Source of the DNA: a virus
IMG/VR virus record: IMGVR_UViG_3300046747_000672
Coordinates: 1 to 64,000 of that record
DNA length: 64,000 nucleotides
Strand: one strand, 5' to 3'
In this document: piece after piece, positions 1 to 11,200 of the stretch
Numbering within the stretch: the first letter of the stretch is position 1
Layout: each line of letters starts with the position of its first letter
The notes under the pieces: model-generated
What the model was told of the DNA's origin: nothing
Databases searched by the model: none
The model's input: the letters and a program-made list of their open reading frames with translations, nothing else
Program-made: the position numbers and the translations under genes

Positions 1-91
1 GACAGCTTTCGCCGATTCGATGAAGCCAGCCGGTGGCCCCGCCGAGCCGGCCGGCATCCCGCCGAGTCGCTGGGGCACTGATCACTGACCG

Positions 92-988
92 ATGGCAACC
101 CTCGACGTCCTCTCCACCCTCCAGCCCCCGTCGTGGCGCGGCATCCCGTTCCCGCTCACGTCACTGCACAACGGCTTCACGCACGACCACGTCGAGCACA
201 AGTTCCTCTACCAGGCTGGCGCATACATCGAGGCGACCGGCCGGAACGCGCTGAACTTCCAGGCGCGCATCCCGTTTTGCAACGGTGTCGAAGCAGCGTC
301 GTTCGAGCCGTGGGCGGGACAGGTGCTCTACCCGGACCTCTTCAATCGCTTCCTGCAAGCGGTGCTCGATGAGACGTCGGGCGAGTTCGTCCATCCGAAC
401 TTCGGAACGCTCACCTGCAAGGCGCGCGATGTCGATTGGGAGTTCGCCGGCAACGGGCCGCGCGATGGCGCCATCCTGTCGTGCCGCTTCTACCACTCGA
501 ACGACGACAAGGATTCTCTTGCCGATGCGCTCACGGTCCAGTCACCGATGGCGCGCGCGTCGTCGAGCGCCGCGGTCCTGGACGACCAGCTCGCAGCGAC
601 GGGCCCGCTACCTGAACTCTCGAACGACAAGCAGTCCTTCGGCGAGCTCGTGTCCGACGTCGGCGACGGCACGGGGAACGTCGGGCGCATCACGTCGAAG
701 CTCGACAACACGGACGCGGCACTTCAGCGGCGCGATTCCGTCGGCGACTGGCCGCTCCGTGGCGCCGTCGAGGACATGCGCGCCGCCGTGTTCGACCTCC
801 AGTCGTTCAACGGCGTCGGCACGCAGCGAACGCGAGAGACGACCGTGTCGTGGGGCACGACGCTGCCCGTGCTCGGCATCCGCCTCGGCGTGCGCACGCA
901 AGACCTCGTCGAAATGAACCCGAGCCTGGCGCGAAGCCCGCTCGTTCCTGCTGGCGTCCGCGTGCGCTACCCGTTCGGGGCGCGGTAG
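92..988 (+). CDS. Mu-like DNA circularisation/tail tube initiator protein (DNA_circ_N domain, LysM-like C-terminus)
   Basis: N-term SWRGIPF...HVEHKFLYQAGAYIEATGR matches the DNA_circ_N pattern; C-term DLVEMNPSL...LVPAG.RVRYP is LysM/tail-X-like; first gene of the baseplate cluster. Confidence 0.8.
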   Translation: MATLDVLSTLQPPSWRGIPFPLTSLHNGFTHDHVEHKFLYQAGAYIEATGRNALNFQARIPFCNGVEAASFEPWAGQVLYPDLFNRFLQAVLDETSGEFVHPNFGTLTCKARDVDWEFAGNGPRDGAILSCRFYHSNDDKDSLADALTVQSPMARASSSAAVLDDQLAATGPLPELSNDKQSFGELVSDVGDGTGNVGRITSKLDNTDAALQRRDSVGDWPLRGAVEDMRAAVFDLQSFNGVGTQRTRETTVSWGTTLPVLGIRLGVRTQDLVEMNPSLARSPLVPAGVRVRYPFGAR

Positions 989-991
989 TCG

Positions 992-2503
992 GTGCCGTTC
1001 GGCGTCGTCACAGCGCCCGCCGCCGCGGGTGCGCCGAGCGCGTACGGCGCCATATCGGTTCAGATCGGAAGCGTCACCCTGACGTCCTTCCGAAGCTTTC
1101 GCTTCACCCAGCATTTCCTCACGCCGACCGACTCGTTCTCCTTCGAGCTGTCGACGGACGTCATGACCGACGAGGTCCTTGACGCCGTCTTCACCCCTGG
1201 CGTGAAGCTCACGTTCTTCATCGACGATGCGAAGCAGTTCACCGGGTACATCGACGTCGTCGACACGTCGAACGCGGGCCGGCACGAGGGGAGCTCGATC
1301 ACGATCGAAGGGCGCGACGCGATGTCGCCCGTCATCGACTCGCAGATCGACCCCGACCACCACTACCCGGACAATACGCCGCTCGACAAGTTGCTGCGCG
1401 ACACGCTCGCGCCGTGGTTCGAGAAATTCGACATCACGAACGAGGCGAACATCGACGTCGCTGCGGGGAAGGCCGCACGCGCGAAGCTGAAGCGCCGCAC
1501 GAAGCGAAAGAGCAAGGCTCTCAGCCAGTACCCGATTCCGAAGAGCAAGCCGGAGCACAACGACAGCTTCTTCGTGTTCCTGTCGCGCATCACGCAGCGC
1601 TACGGGCTCTGGATCTGGCCGAGCGTCGACGGCGATACCGCCATCGTCGGCAAGCCCAACTTCGATCAGGAGCCTTGCTGCCAACTACGGCGGCGACGGC
1701 AGCAGACGGTCGCAGGATTCGGCCGAGCGATGGGCGCGCCGCCGTCCGATGGATCCAACAACATCGTGCGCGGCGGCATCCGGCGCGACTCGTCGGAGCA
1801 GCCGAGTTTCATCGTGGCGCGCGGCAACGTGCCTCCGAAGACGGTGGAGCATCAGCGGATCAAGGTCATCATCGGCAACCCGTACGACAACGTGCTGGAG
1901 CGCCTCATCGGCTCGCCCCCGGCCGACCCGACCGGCCCGGTCGACTTGAACTCGCTCGGCAACGCGGAGAACATCCGCCCATTCTTCGACGCGCAGCCGA
2001 ACCCAAGACCGAATGCCGTCAGTGCGGACGACGCGATCAAGAACATCCTGGTCGGGTCCAAGATCATCGAAGACCCGTCGCTGACCTCCGCGCACGAGAC
2101 GGGCACATCCAACTCGCTCCTTGCGCGCAAGCAGTTTCTGACCGTCACGGATGTAGAGGTCATCCCGGTCAAGCCGATCCAGATCCAGAACGTCTACGCG
2201 TCTCTCACTGCGCGACCGCGCTACCTGAAGGACCGACACAGCCGCACGCTGGAGGAGCTCGAGCGCTTCGCGCGCCGCCAGATGTCGCTCTGCACGCGGA
2301 AGGCGTTCGTGGGCAACTACGAGATCGCTGGCTTCAAGATCGACGACGCGATTCCGGTCGTCGACACCGTCGTCGAAGTCGATGACGAGCTCTCGCGCTT
2401 CAAGGGTCTCCTCTGGGTCGAGGGGCGAGAAGTGACGTTGTCACGCAGCGGCGGGGCGACATGCCGGCTCAGTTTGATTCCGCTTTTTTCCATTCAATTC
2501 TGA
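992..2503 (+). CDS. Baseplate hub protein (Mu gp44/gpP-like)
   Basis: FLTPTDSFSF, FTGYID.V, ITIEGRD...IDS motifs; C-term VEVDDE...LWVEGREVTLSRSGGATCRLSL; synteny. Confidence 0.8.
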   Translation: MPFGVVTAPAAAGAPSAYGAISVQIGSVTLTSFRSFRFTQHFLTPTDSFSFELSTDVMTDEVLDAVFTPGVKLTFFIDDAKQFTGYIDVVDTSNAGRHEGSSITIEGRDAMSPVIDSQIDPDHHYPDNTPLDKLLRDTLAPWFEKFDITNEANIDVAAGKAARAKLKRRTKRKSKALSQYPIPKSKPEHNDSFFVFLSRITQRYGLWIWPSVDGDTAIVGKPNFDQEPCCQLRRRRQQTVAGFGRAMGAPPSDGSNNIVRGGIRRDSSEQPSFIVARGNVPPKTVEHQRIKVIIGNPYDNVLERLIGSPPADPTGPVDLNSLGNAENIRPFFDAQPNPRPNAVSADDAIKNILVGSKIIEDPSLTSAHETGTSNSLLARKQFLTVTDVEVIPVKPIQIQNVYASLTARPRYLKDRHSRTLEELERFARRQMSLCTRKAFVGNYEIAGFKIDDAIPVVDTVVEVDDELSRFKGLLWVEGREVTLSRSGGATCRLSLIPLFSIQF

Positions 2504-2509
2504 CGTTCA

Positions 2510-3409
2510 ATGCCCGAAGGCTCCTGGGAGATCTCGCACGTTCTCTTCGCGAAAGCGGACAACGCGACGGGCGCGATCACCTACCAGCTCGGCGACGTCA
2601 AGAGCAACGAGGTCTACGACGTCGAGGCGCCGGTCTTCCAGATTCCGGGCGCGCTCTGCCTGCCAGCGAATCCTGTCGCGGGACAGTCCGCCGCTGAAGC
2701 CGTCACGCTCACGCACCCGGCGGGCAACGTGGTTGTCGCCTGTCGCTCCGTGCGGAGCGCGGCGATCGCCGGGCTCATCAAGATGGGCGAGTCGTCGTTC
2801 TTCGCCGACGGGTCGCAGGCGTGTTCACTCTACAAGCTCGACGGGTCGCTCACCCATTTCACGACCCACGACAACACGGCGAACGGGCGGTCCGTCTACT
2901 ACCGCATCTCGCCCGAGCGAGGCTTCGACGAAGCGTGGCCATGGGGCCGGCGATTCTTCGACAAGTCGGGCCACCACTTCGTTCACGTCTCGGGCGCGCA
3001 GTTCCACCTCGGCTCGGTCAACGCGCCAGCGCCGCTCAACACGTTCAGCACGACCTTCTCGCTCACGGCAGCGATGGGGCGGCTCAACGCGTCGTTCGTG
3101 TCGGTCGGCCCAGACAATGCCGTGTTCTCCCCTGTCGCGCGCGCGGACGCAGTGATCGCAGCGCTCGACGCCGCGTCTTCAGCGTTGACGACGGTCACGG
3201 CTTCTCTGGTCGCGATCAACGCGGCCCTCGTGGCGCTCGGCGCGATTCCCGTCAACTCCGCAGCGGAGTCGCTGTGCGCAGCGGTTGCCGCGCCGGTGAC
3301 CGCTGCCGGACTGGCGATCAGCGCGGCGGCCAGCGTCATCGCAGGCGGCGCCGTCGGAACGGTGCCAGTGCCTGGCCCCATCGGTTCGCAGTGTCTCTCG
3401 ACCGCGTGA
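2510..3409 (+). CDS. Baseplate spike/assembly protein (Mu gp45/gpV-like)
   Basis: Position after hub; PG...LP...AEAVTL...VVVA...L..GES motif. Confidence 0.6.
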   Translation: MPEGSWEISHVLFAKADNATGAITYQLGDVKSNEVYDVEAPVFQIPGALCLPANPVAGQSAAEAVTLTHPAGNVVVACRSVRSAAIAGLIKMGESSFFADGSQACSLYKLDGSLTHFTTHDNTANGRSVYYRISPERGFDEAWPWGRRFFDKSGHHFVHVSGAQFHLGSVNAPAPLNTFSTTFSLTAAMGRLNASFVSVGPDNAVFSPVARADAVIAALDAASSALTTVTASLVAINAALVALGAIPVNSAAESLCAAVAAPVTAAGLAISAAASVIAGGAVGTVPVPGPIGSQCLSTA

Positions 3410-3412
3410 CGC

Positions 3413-3703
3413 ATGCCCGCCATTGACCTCACCCCGCCGCTCATCTGCGACAAGATCACGCCGCCCGTGTTTCCGACGCTGCCATCCGGCGTGTCGTTCG
3501 ACGCGGCACTCCCCAATCCTTCTTTCCCCTTCTCTGCGCGGCTCTGCTGCAAGGTTCTCCAGTTCGACGTCGGCAGCTTGATCCCGCCGATCAGCATCGG
3601 CATCTCGGTCCCGATTCCGTACGTCATCGCGCTGAACACGCTCATCGGACAAATGAACGCGTACATGGCGGCCATTCCGATGATCTGCCCGAAAGAGATT
3701 TGA
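3413..3703 (+). CDS. Small Pro/Cys-rich protein, possible spike-tip protein
   Basis: Tightly packed ORF between spike and wedge genes. Confidence 0.55.
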   Translation: MPAIDLTPPLICDKITPPVFPTLPSGVSFDAALPNPSFPFSARLCCKVLQFDVGSLIPPISIGISVPIPYVIALNTLIGQMNAYMAAIPMICPKEI

Positions 3704-3704
3704 C

Positions 3705-4175
3705 GTGGCAACCGGACTCAGCACGCCTTACGGCATCGGCCCGTACGGCCTCGGCACGCCGCCGACCGCGCCAACGCCGGGCGGTCTCGTGAACCGCGAC
3801 GCGAGCGGCGTGCAGCAAGGCTCCGTCGCCATCTCGCTCGACAACGCGTCGAAGGGCCAATACGTGTTCGACGCGTACGGCCGCCGACTCGGGTCCGGCA
3901 ACGTGCGGCACATGGCCACGCTTGCGCTGTCGACGGTGCGTGGCTCGAGCTGCGTGCCGGACCTCGGCGAGCGCTTCTCGGAGATCCGGAAGATCGAAGA
4001 CTCGTTCGAGAAGGAGCAAGCGGCGCGCATCACCGAAGCGCTGAGTTCCATGGTCGAGCGCAAGATCATCACCATCGACGCGATCACGGTTGACCCAGGA
4101 CAAGGCCACCCGGCGTCGACGCGCGTCCGCCTGACCGACCTCACGCAGAACATTCCGATCGATCTGGTTCTCTGA
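3705..4175 (+). CDS. Baseplate wedge/sheath initiator (gp25/gpW/Mu gp46-like)
   Basis: LST.RGS...PDLG...I.EAL..M motif; immediately upstream of baseplate J. Confidence 0.7.
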   Translation: MATGLSTPYGIGPYGLGTPPTAPTPGGLVNRDASGVQQGSVAISLDNASKGQYVFDAYGRRLGSGNVRHMATLALSTVRGSSCVPDLGERFSEIRKIEDSFEKEQAARITEALSSMVERKIITIDAITVDPGQGHPASTRVRLTDLTQNIPIDLVL

Positions 4176-5716
4176 TGGCAACCAAGCTCCTTGTCCCGTC
4201 GCCCGCAACAAGCCGCGACGCGATGCTGCGGACCATCCGCTCCGGGCTGATTCAGCGCGGCGTCACGAACCCGAACGTGACGAAGGATTCTGACTGGTTC
4301 GTCGCCACGACGGCCTACGCCGACCAGCTTTCGCCGGTCTACGCGAACCAGCAAGTTCTTGCCGACGATCTCATGCCGGACACGGCAGAAGACGTCGGCC
4401 TCATTCGCTGGCTCGACATCTTCGATCTTGCCCCCCGCGCCGCCCAGCCGGCATCAGGCAACATCGTACTTGATACGTCGGCGGCGACCTTCGTCGCGAC
4501 CGGCCGGCAACTCCTGGACGGCCAGGGGCAGACCTACGAGGTCACGACCGGTGGCACCTATTCGAACGGCGCAACGATTCCGGTCCGTGGCGTCTCGACA
4601 GGGAAGGGGACCGACCACCCGCAAGGCTACCCGCTCCAGTGGGTCGGCACCGTGCCGAGCTTCGCGAATCAGCGACAGCTCGTCGGTCTCGGCGGCCTCA
4701 CCGGCGGCGCCGACATCGACACGTCCGAGACGAGCCGCAACCGTCTCTTCGACTACATGCGGAACCCTCCGCAGGGCGCGAACTGGACGCAGATCGCAAC
4801 CTGGGCGGTCGAAGCGAGCGCGAGCGTCCAGGCGGCCTACGTCTACCGCGCCCTCAACGGCCCGGCGACGGTTGGCCTCTGCGTGCTCGGGGGGCTCTCG
4901 TACGACACATCGAACGGCTGGACCCGCGCGGTCCCTGACGCCGTCGTTGCCACGGTGGCCAGCTACGTCGCGGCGCGTATGGACCGAACGAACCTGGTCA
5001 CGACGACGCCGAAGGACACAGGGGGCGCTACGCCGGACGTGGACGCGTCGATCTCCATTGGCGTGTCGCTGCCGCTCTCGGTCGCGGGCGGCGGTCCTGG
5101 TGGCGGCTGGATTGACGCCGACCCATGGCCGGACCTCTCCACGGCTGCGACCCGCGTTTACGTGTCCTCGGTGACGTCCTCGACCGTCTTCACTCTGACC
5201 AGCGACGACCCTGGAAACTGCCCGACGTCCACGAAGCTCATCGCGGGCGAGACGCAGATCGCCTGGTTCTCGTCGACGCAGTTCGCCGATGGGCAGGACC
5301 CGATCGTAACCGCCACGGTGACCGCGGTGTCGGGCTCGACCGGCGCCATCCAGGTGACCGTGAGCGTCCCGTTCTCCGGCATCGCGTCGGGCGACTACGT
5401 GATGCCGAACTCGGTCAACGTTCAGACCTATGCCGCCGCGCTGCTCGCGTCGATGGGCGACATGGGCGCCGGGCAATGGACGAGCCATGCGCCGACGCTC
5501 ATTTTCGCTGCGCGCCGCCCGCTCGTGACCGCGTCGAATCCGTCGGACATCGGCCCGACGCTGCTGCGCGCGATCTCCGACGCGGGCGAAGAAGTGACCG
5601 ACGTCGCCTACCTCTACCGGAGCGCAACGAACCCTGGCGTTCCGGCCAACACCACGACGGCGTCGCCGTTCGTGTTCGTGCCGAAAACGTTCGCCCTCAT
5701 GAACAAGATCCCCTGA
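4175..5716 (+). CDS. Baseplate J/gp47-like protein
   Basis: LMPDTAE...L.RW, A.G.G, LTGGADIDT.E..R.RL...RNPPQGAN, GPATV motifs. Confidence 0.9.
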   Translation: MATKLLVPSPATSRDAMLRTIRSGLIQRGVTNPNVTKDSDWFVATTAYADQLSPVYANQQVLADDLMPDTAEDVGLIRWLDIFDLAPRAAQPASGNIVLDTSAATFVATGRQLLDGQGQTYEVTTGGTYSNGATIPVRGVSTGKGTDHPQGYPLQWVGTVPSFANQRQLVGLGGLTGGADIDTSETSRNRLFDYMRNPPQGANWTQIATWAVEASASVQAAYVYRALNGPATVGLCVLGGLSYDTSNGWTRAVPDAVVATVASYVAARMDRTNLVTTTPKDTGGATPDVDASISIGVSLPLSVAGGGPGGGWIDADPWPDLSTAATRVYVSSVTSSTVFTLTSDDPGNCPTSTKLIAGETQIAWFSSTQFADGQDPIVTATVTAVSGSTGAIQVTVSVPFSGIASGDYVMPNSVNVQTYAAALLASMGDMGAGQWTSHAPTLIFAARRPLVTASNPSDIGPTLLRAISDAGEEVTDVAYLYRSATNPGVPANTTTASPFVFVPKTFALMNKIP

Positions 5717-5717
5717 C

Positions 5718-6212
5718 ATGCCGCTCCCCGACGTAGACGACCTCGACACGTTCGGCGGCGCGCGCACGAACTACAGTCCGAAGATCGACCCGACCACCGA
5801 CGTCGGCTCCGAGGACATCAACCCGTGCTTCGCGAACGTCGCGATGATGACGCACACCGTCGAGCGCGCATGGGTGAAATTCAACGGGCACACGTACGTC
5901 GGTCCGACCGACACCATCTCCGTCGTCGACCATGACGCCGTGTGGGGCAGCGGTACGGGCGTGAAGCCGGCCGTCTCGCAGACTGACGCAAACACGTTCG
6001 TGATCACGTGGACCGCGACGCAGAATGATCTCCTCGCGGCGTCACACACGCTCAACATCCGGCGCCCGAGCGAACCGCTGACCATCGACACGGCGCTCAG
6101 CAAGGCGAAGGTGACGGCGTTCACGGCGAACACGATCACCATCAAGACCTTCAACGCGGCCGGCTCGGCGAACGGCCTATCCGGCATCCCGATCATCGTC
6201 GGCTGGCGCTGA
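5718..6212 (+). CDS. Hypothetical baseplate/tail protein
   Basis: Coupled ORF inside the baseplate operon. Confidence 0.6.
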   Translation: MPLPDVDDLDTFGGARTNYSPKIDPTTDVGSEDINPCFANVAMMTHTVERAWVKFNGHTYVGPTDTISVVDHDAVWGSGTGVKPAVSQTDANTFVITWTATQNDLLAASHTLNIRRPSEPLTIDTALSKAKVTAFTANTITIKTFNAAGSANGLSGIPIIVGWR

Positions 6213-6874
6213 TGCGTCTCGGCGGCTTCGCGCATCTGCCGGTGCGTCTCGGCGGCGGCGAGCCGCGCGTCGAGACCATCTACAATTCGCTGAACCAGGC
6301 GCGCGGCACGGCATACGACACGACCGACGAGAGCAACGTCACGGCGGAGACGCTGGCGCAGGCGCGCGCTATCGACGCCGCGTGGGGCGCGAACGAGCGC
6401 ATGTCGCTCCAGACCGACCCGCGACGGATGTCGGACTTCCTCTCGCGCTGGGAGAAGATCCTTCGCCTTCACCCGGGGCCCGACGACACGGTGGTCGCTC
6501 GCCGGAGCGCCGTCCAGGTGAAGTTCCTCGCTTGGATCGGCCCTGCCGGACTCGAGGACCTCGTCGCCGAGATCGCGGGCGACAGCTTCATCGGCATCGA
6601 ATTGACGGCGCTCGCCGACTCCGTTCCTAGGTGGCCGCCGAACGGGTACCCGAACAACTTCACGTCGAACTGCGCGCACATCCTCGTCCGTGTTCGATTC
6701 GGCGCCAACCAAACAATGGCGGAGTTCTGGGACATGCGCGCGCGGCTGTCGCGCACACTCGCCGACTTCTTGCCGGCGCACATGACCTTCGACATCGGGA
6801 CGTACCGCGTTGGCGGAGGGACAGGGTTCTTCTTGGACGAGCGCAACCTCAACTACTCCACGTTTCGGGCCTGA
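6212..6874 (+). CDS. Baseplate wedge protein (gp48/gpI, YmfQ-like)
   Basis: LSRWEKILRL...RR.AV and LPAHMTF motifs. Confidence 0.8.
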   Translation: MRLGGFAHLPVRLGGGEPRVETIYNSLNQARGTAYDTTDESNVTAETLAQARAIDAAWGANERMSLQTDPRRMSDFLSRWEKILRLHPGPDDTVVARRSAVQVKFLAWIGPAGLEDLVAEIAGDSFIGIELTALADSVPRWPPNGYPNNFTSNCAHILVRVRFGANQTMAEFWDMRARLSRTLADFLPAHMTFDIGTYRVGGGTGFFLDERNLNYSTFRA

Positions 6875-6883
6875 CGGACTGAC

Positions 6884-7834
6884 ATGACGATTCAGAAGAT
6901 GCGCGTCTCGCCGTACGGCGTGAACGATGAGCTCTTGTCCGTGGAGGTCAACCTCCTGAACGACCAGATGCCGGCGTTCGTCGATGGCGAGGATGGCGGT
7001 CTCTACGAGCCGACGACGCCCATCGCCATCGGCGGCAACGGCCTCACGTGCACAACGTTCTTCAGTACGTCAGCCGCGTGCAGCACGTTGCTCGACGGCA
7101 CAGTCGTGTTTCCGAACGGGTTCTCGTGCACGGGCACGTCGACAACGACGTTCGGCGACAACTCGGTCAGTATCGGTAGCGGTGGCGAGCTTACGGCGTA
7201 CTGCGACTCGTTTTTCAATGGCGATGTCACGTGCACGGCGGCGTCGAACGTCGCGCTCTCTGCCGGCGCTGGCGTGTTCACTTGCGGCAAGACCGCATCG
7301 TTCGGATCGACGGTGGCAATCAGCGGCGCCGTCACGTGCGGGTCGACGCTTGCTGTGGCCGGCGTCGCGACGTTCGCGGCGAAACCAGTGTTCTCGGATG
7401 GCCTAACGGTTGGCGCTGGCACTCACACCGTCGATTTCAACAATTCTACGACGAACATCGGCGGCACGCTGAATCTGTCCGCGATTGTGCGGCTCATCAG
7501 TTCGGCCCGTATCCAATACAGATATGTTGCCGGCGTCAACGCGAATCACACCTACACGATCGCAGACTGCGACATGATCGTGGTTCCGCCGAGCGGCTCG
7601 ACGACGACGCGCATCTACACCATCAGCAACACCGGGTGCTCCGGCGGCGAAGTGATCGAGATCTTCAACGGCAACTTTCCGACGCAGAGATTCTCGATCG
7701 TGCAGCATGACGGTGGCACCGCGATCGCCGACCTTGACGGCACGCTCGACTTCATTGGCGTCAAAATCGTGAATGACGGCAGCGGCAACGCAACAAGCGC
7801 GTGGAAGGTCGTTAGTGCGACGTCGGCGCCGTGA
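6884..7834 (+). CDS. Tail fibre-like beta-rich protein
   Basis: Gly/Ser/Thr-rich beta repeats; follows the gp48-like gene. Confidence 0.6.
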   Translation: MTIQKMRVSPYGVNDELLSVEVNLLNDQMPAFVDGEDGGLYEPTTPIAIGGNGLTCTTFFSTSAACSTLLDGTVVFPNGFSCTGTSTTTFGDNSVSIGSGGELTAYCDSFFNGDVTCTAASNVALSAGAGVFTCGKTASFGSTVAISGAVTCGSTLAVAGVATFAAKPVFSDGLTVGAGTHTVDFNNSTTNIGGTLNLSAIVRLISSARIQYRYVAGVNANHTYTIADCDMIVVPPSGSTTTRIYTISNTGCSGGEVIEIFNGNFPTQRFSIVQHDGGTAIADLDGTLDFIGVKIVNDGSGNATSAWKVVSATSAP

Positions 7835-7837
7835 TAA

Positions 7838-8209
7838 TCACTTGCAGCAGAACACGTCCGGCTTGGTTGCGTCTGGGCTGATGCAGCCGCGACGCTCTGG
7901 GCTCGATCCGTGGCACACGTAGAGATTCTTCGGCGCAAGCGTCGGACACGTTTCGTTGTCGATACCCTGGAAGACGCAGCCCGACGTGTCCGATCCGTCT
8001 GACGCGCCGCCATCGCCGTCGCACCCGCACGCGCCGAACGAGGCGCCGTCGTCGCTGCACGTCTGAACGCTCTTCGCGCCACCCGCGCACGAGCATTCGA
8101 CCTGCTCGCCAGGCGTGCAGCCCATCGGCGTCGCCGCCGCCGGGCCCGAGAAATCGCCGCCGCCGCACCCCGCCAAAACCAGCACCGCCACACCCGCCAA
8201 AACTCGCAT
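7838..8209 (-). CDS. Cys-rich lipoprotein, antisense moron in the tail operon
   Basis: MRVLAGVAVLVLAG-C lipobox from ATG 8209; CTPGEQVECSC...QTCSDDGASFGACGC module; TAGCCT -10 box 7 nt upstream. Confidence 0.7.
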   Translation of the reverse strand: MRVLAGVAVLVLAGCGGGDFSGPAAATPMGCTPGEQVECSCAGGAKSVQTCSDDGASFGACGCDGDGGASDGSDTSGCVFQGIDNETCPTLAPKNLYVCHGSSPERRGCISPDATKPDVFCCK

Positions 8210-8265
8210 TCCGTCAAGGCTAGCCATGTCCGTCTCCGCCGCAACTGAACAAATGGGTACCACCG

Positions 8266-11200
8266 TTGGTTAGCCCCCTCGTCGAGGTCAATTCCGCGTC
8301 CCTTGGCGCATGGACATCCACAGAAAATGGCGTCAACGTGGCGCTTGGCGAGACCATCAGCGTCCGCCTTGCCGACTCGGCAGGCGTCCGCTTTTGGGTC
8401 TTGTCGGTCATCGGCACGGACGAAGTCGTGCTCGCGCCGACGATCACGCAGGCGAGCGTTGTGAGCGGCGTGGCGACCTTCACGGCGCCCGCCACGCCGA
8501 CGGACGGGTGGGCGGTCATCATCCGATCGCAGGTCGGAATCCGCGGACTCGAGCTCGACAACAACAACGCGATCCAGACCGGGTACACGTCGAGCTTCGG
8601 CGTCTACACGCCGACCGCGATCAACGGCCGCGTCGGCGCGACGAACGAGACGAGCGAGGGGTCCGCCGCATTCGGCTGGGTGCCGAAGCTCAACGCTGTC
8701 GCGAAAGCCCCGCCTGGCGCTGGCGGTCCGCCGACGGGCGCGGCAACGGGCGACTGGTCCGGCACCTTCCCGAGCGGCACCAACAAGCGCGTCAACAACC
8801 AATACGTGCCGTGGAAGTCCACGGTGCGCGCGGCGACGACGGCGAACATCACGCTCTCCGGCTCGCAGGCTGTCGACGGCGTGACGCTGACGAACGGTGT
8901 CGACCGCGTGCTCGTGACGGCGCAAACGACCGCGTCGCAGAACGGCATCTATCTCTACAACTCCGGCGGAGCGTGGACCCGCGCGTCGGACATGGCGACG
9001 TCGCAGGACACGCTGCCAGGCAGTCGAGTTCACATCTACGACGGCAACACGTGGGCGAACACCGAGTGGACCCTCACGACGCAGGGTTCACTTTCGCTCG
9101 GGTCGACGTCGCTTCAGTTCACGCCAGGTCGCACGCCTACGGTTGCAGCACTTCGCCTCGTCGCCGGCAAAGTGACTGGCGAGACGATCGAGGTGCCGTG
9201 CTTCGCGTCGCACGGCGATGGCGGCGGCGGGACCTTCGTGTGGAAGGTCGGCACGCAGCCGACGGACGACAAGGGCGTCAACATCGTCCCGTCCGTAACC
9301 ACCGCGGGCTGGTGGCAGCGCCGGTATTCGGGACCTGTGTCCGTCAAATGGTTCGGCGCGAAAGGGGACGGCACCACCGACGACGCCCCGGCGATCCAGG
9401 ACGCACTCACCTACTTCTCCAGCAACCTGCTGTCGGGCAGGATCATTTTCCCGAGCGTCGGCAATCTGGGGCAGTCGCTCTACTACAACCTTGCATCGAA
9501 GATCACGGTGCAGGGGAGCTTGGGGCACTCGATCTGGCTCGATGGCGAGTACACCTCGCCCAACGGTGTCGGCGGCGCCAAACTGAGTTTTTCCGGCGCG
9601 TCTGGCACGAAGGGGATGATCGACCTTCTCGGCGCCAACGACGTCCGGATAACGAACTTCGACATCATCGGCAACAGCCTGCCGAAGTACGTCGTGTGGT
9701 TTCATCCTGACCAGGCGGCGTCGCCACAGCCGCTCGGCGCGTCGAAGCTTCTGATCGACAACGTCAACATCCGCTATCCGCAGAATGTTGCCGGAGCCTG
9801 CGCACTCGGCTTCGGCCCTGACGCAGGCGAGCCGGTCAATCAGTCCGACAACATCACGGTTTCGAACTCGCGCATTCAGGGGACCGGGGGAGCTGGGTAC
9901 AACCCCGTCGGCATCAAGAACCTATCGGGTGGCAACGCGAAGCTTGCCAAGTTCGACAACGTCAACATCGGCGGTTTCAAATACGCCTACGATTTCGCGA
10001 ATACCAGCGGCCCAATCACGATCATCGCCGGCGGCGTGTCCGACTGTGTAACGGCCGCCATCTATGCGTCCAGCGTGCAGCTGGAGATCCTCGGGTGGGA
10101 CTGCGAGACCAACCTCGGCGACTGCAAGATCGTCACTGGGTCCTTCGGTGGAGGCAACGGGACCATCCACTTCCAAGGCTGCGAGCTCGAGTACCAGGAC
10201 GGGCCAGGAACAGGACACGGCACAGCGACGAACGACATCGCCATCGATTGGCCTGGCGGGATGCTGTCGTTCGAGCAATGCGGCATCATCAACAGTCGGT
10301 CGGTCGCGATTTCAGGTGCCACGGCGGCGACTCCGATCGTTCTCACGGTCCCGTCGGGGCACGCCATCGTTGCGGGCGACCGGATCCAGATCAGCGGCGT
10401 TGTCGGCATGACAGGCGTCAACACGGCCGACTACTCGTTCAGCCAGGTGACGTCGGTCACATCCACGACATTGACGGTCACCGGGACAGGGACCGGCGCG
10501 TACGTGAGCGGCGGGACGATTCATCTCGAGCCGAAGATCCTGATCGAGACGAATACGCTCGGCGCGGGCAACCCGATGTCCGGCGTCTTCAGCGTGGGCA
10601 ACACGTGGCTGCACTGCGGCAGCAACCTGCCGATCTTCGATCGCAGCACGGGACTACGGCTTCTCGATTCGACCAACGCGCAGGCGAAGCCGTGGGCGAT
10701 TCACTCGTTCAACGACGTCGGCTTCCAGGAGGGGCGCTCGACCCCGCATGCGCTGCCGACGACGCTCGGTCGGTCGCTGCGCTTCGCTTCGCTGGCCGCT
10801 GGCGTGCTTCAGGTCGACTCGACCGGTACGGTGTTCTCGGCGAGCGCGCCCATTCCCGACGCCACCTCGTCGGTGAAGGGCATCATCAAGCTCGCGCAAG
10901 ACATCGCCGGGTCCGCAGCGCTCCCGACGGTTGTCGGCCTGACGGGAACGACCGGAACCGTCGCGATGCACGGCACGAAGGTGCTGTGGGACACGAACGG
11001 TCCGAGCGTCGAGACGTCGAGCGGAGACCTGGTCCTGCGCGTCAACACGGCGGGCAAAAACGTCAGTATCTTCGACACGACGAACCGCATCTTCGACCTG
11101 AACTACAACAGCGGGAACGCATACTTTCAGCTTCCTTCCAACATCAGCAGCCTTGGCGTGTTCGCAAACACGGCAGGGGGGCAGTACCTGCGGTTTCAGG

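Noticed and set aside
92-7834. Tailocin or extracellular contractile injection system
   Set aside because: The baseplate genes are embedded with integrase, recombination and early phage genes, which fits a complete phage better.
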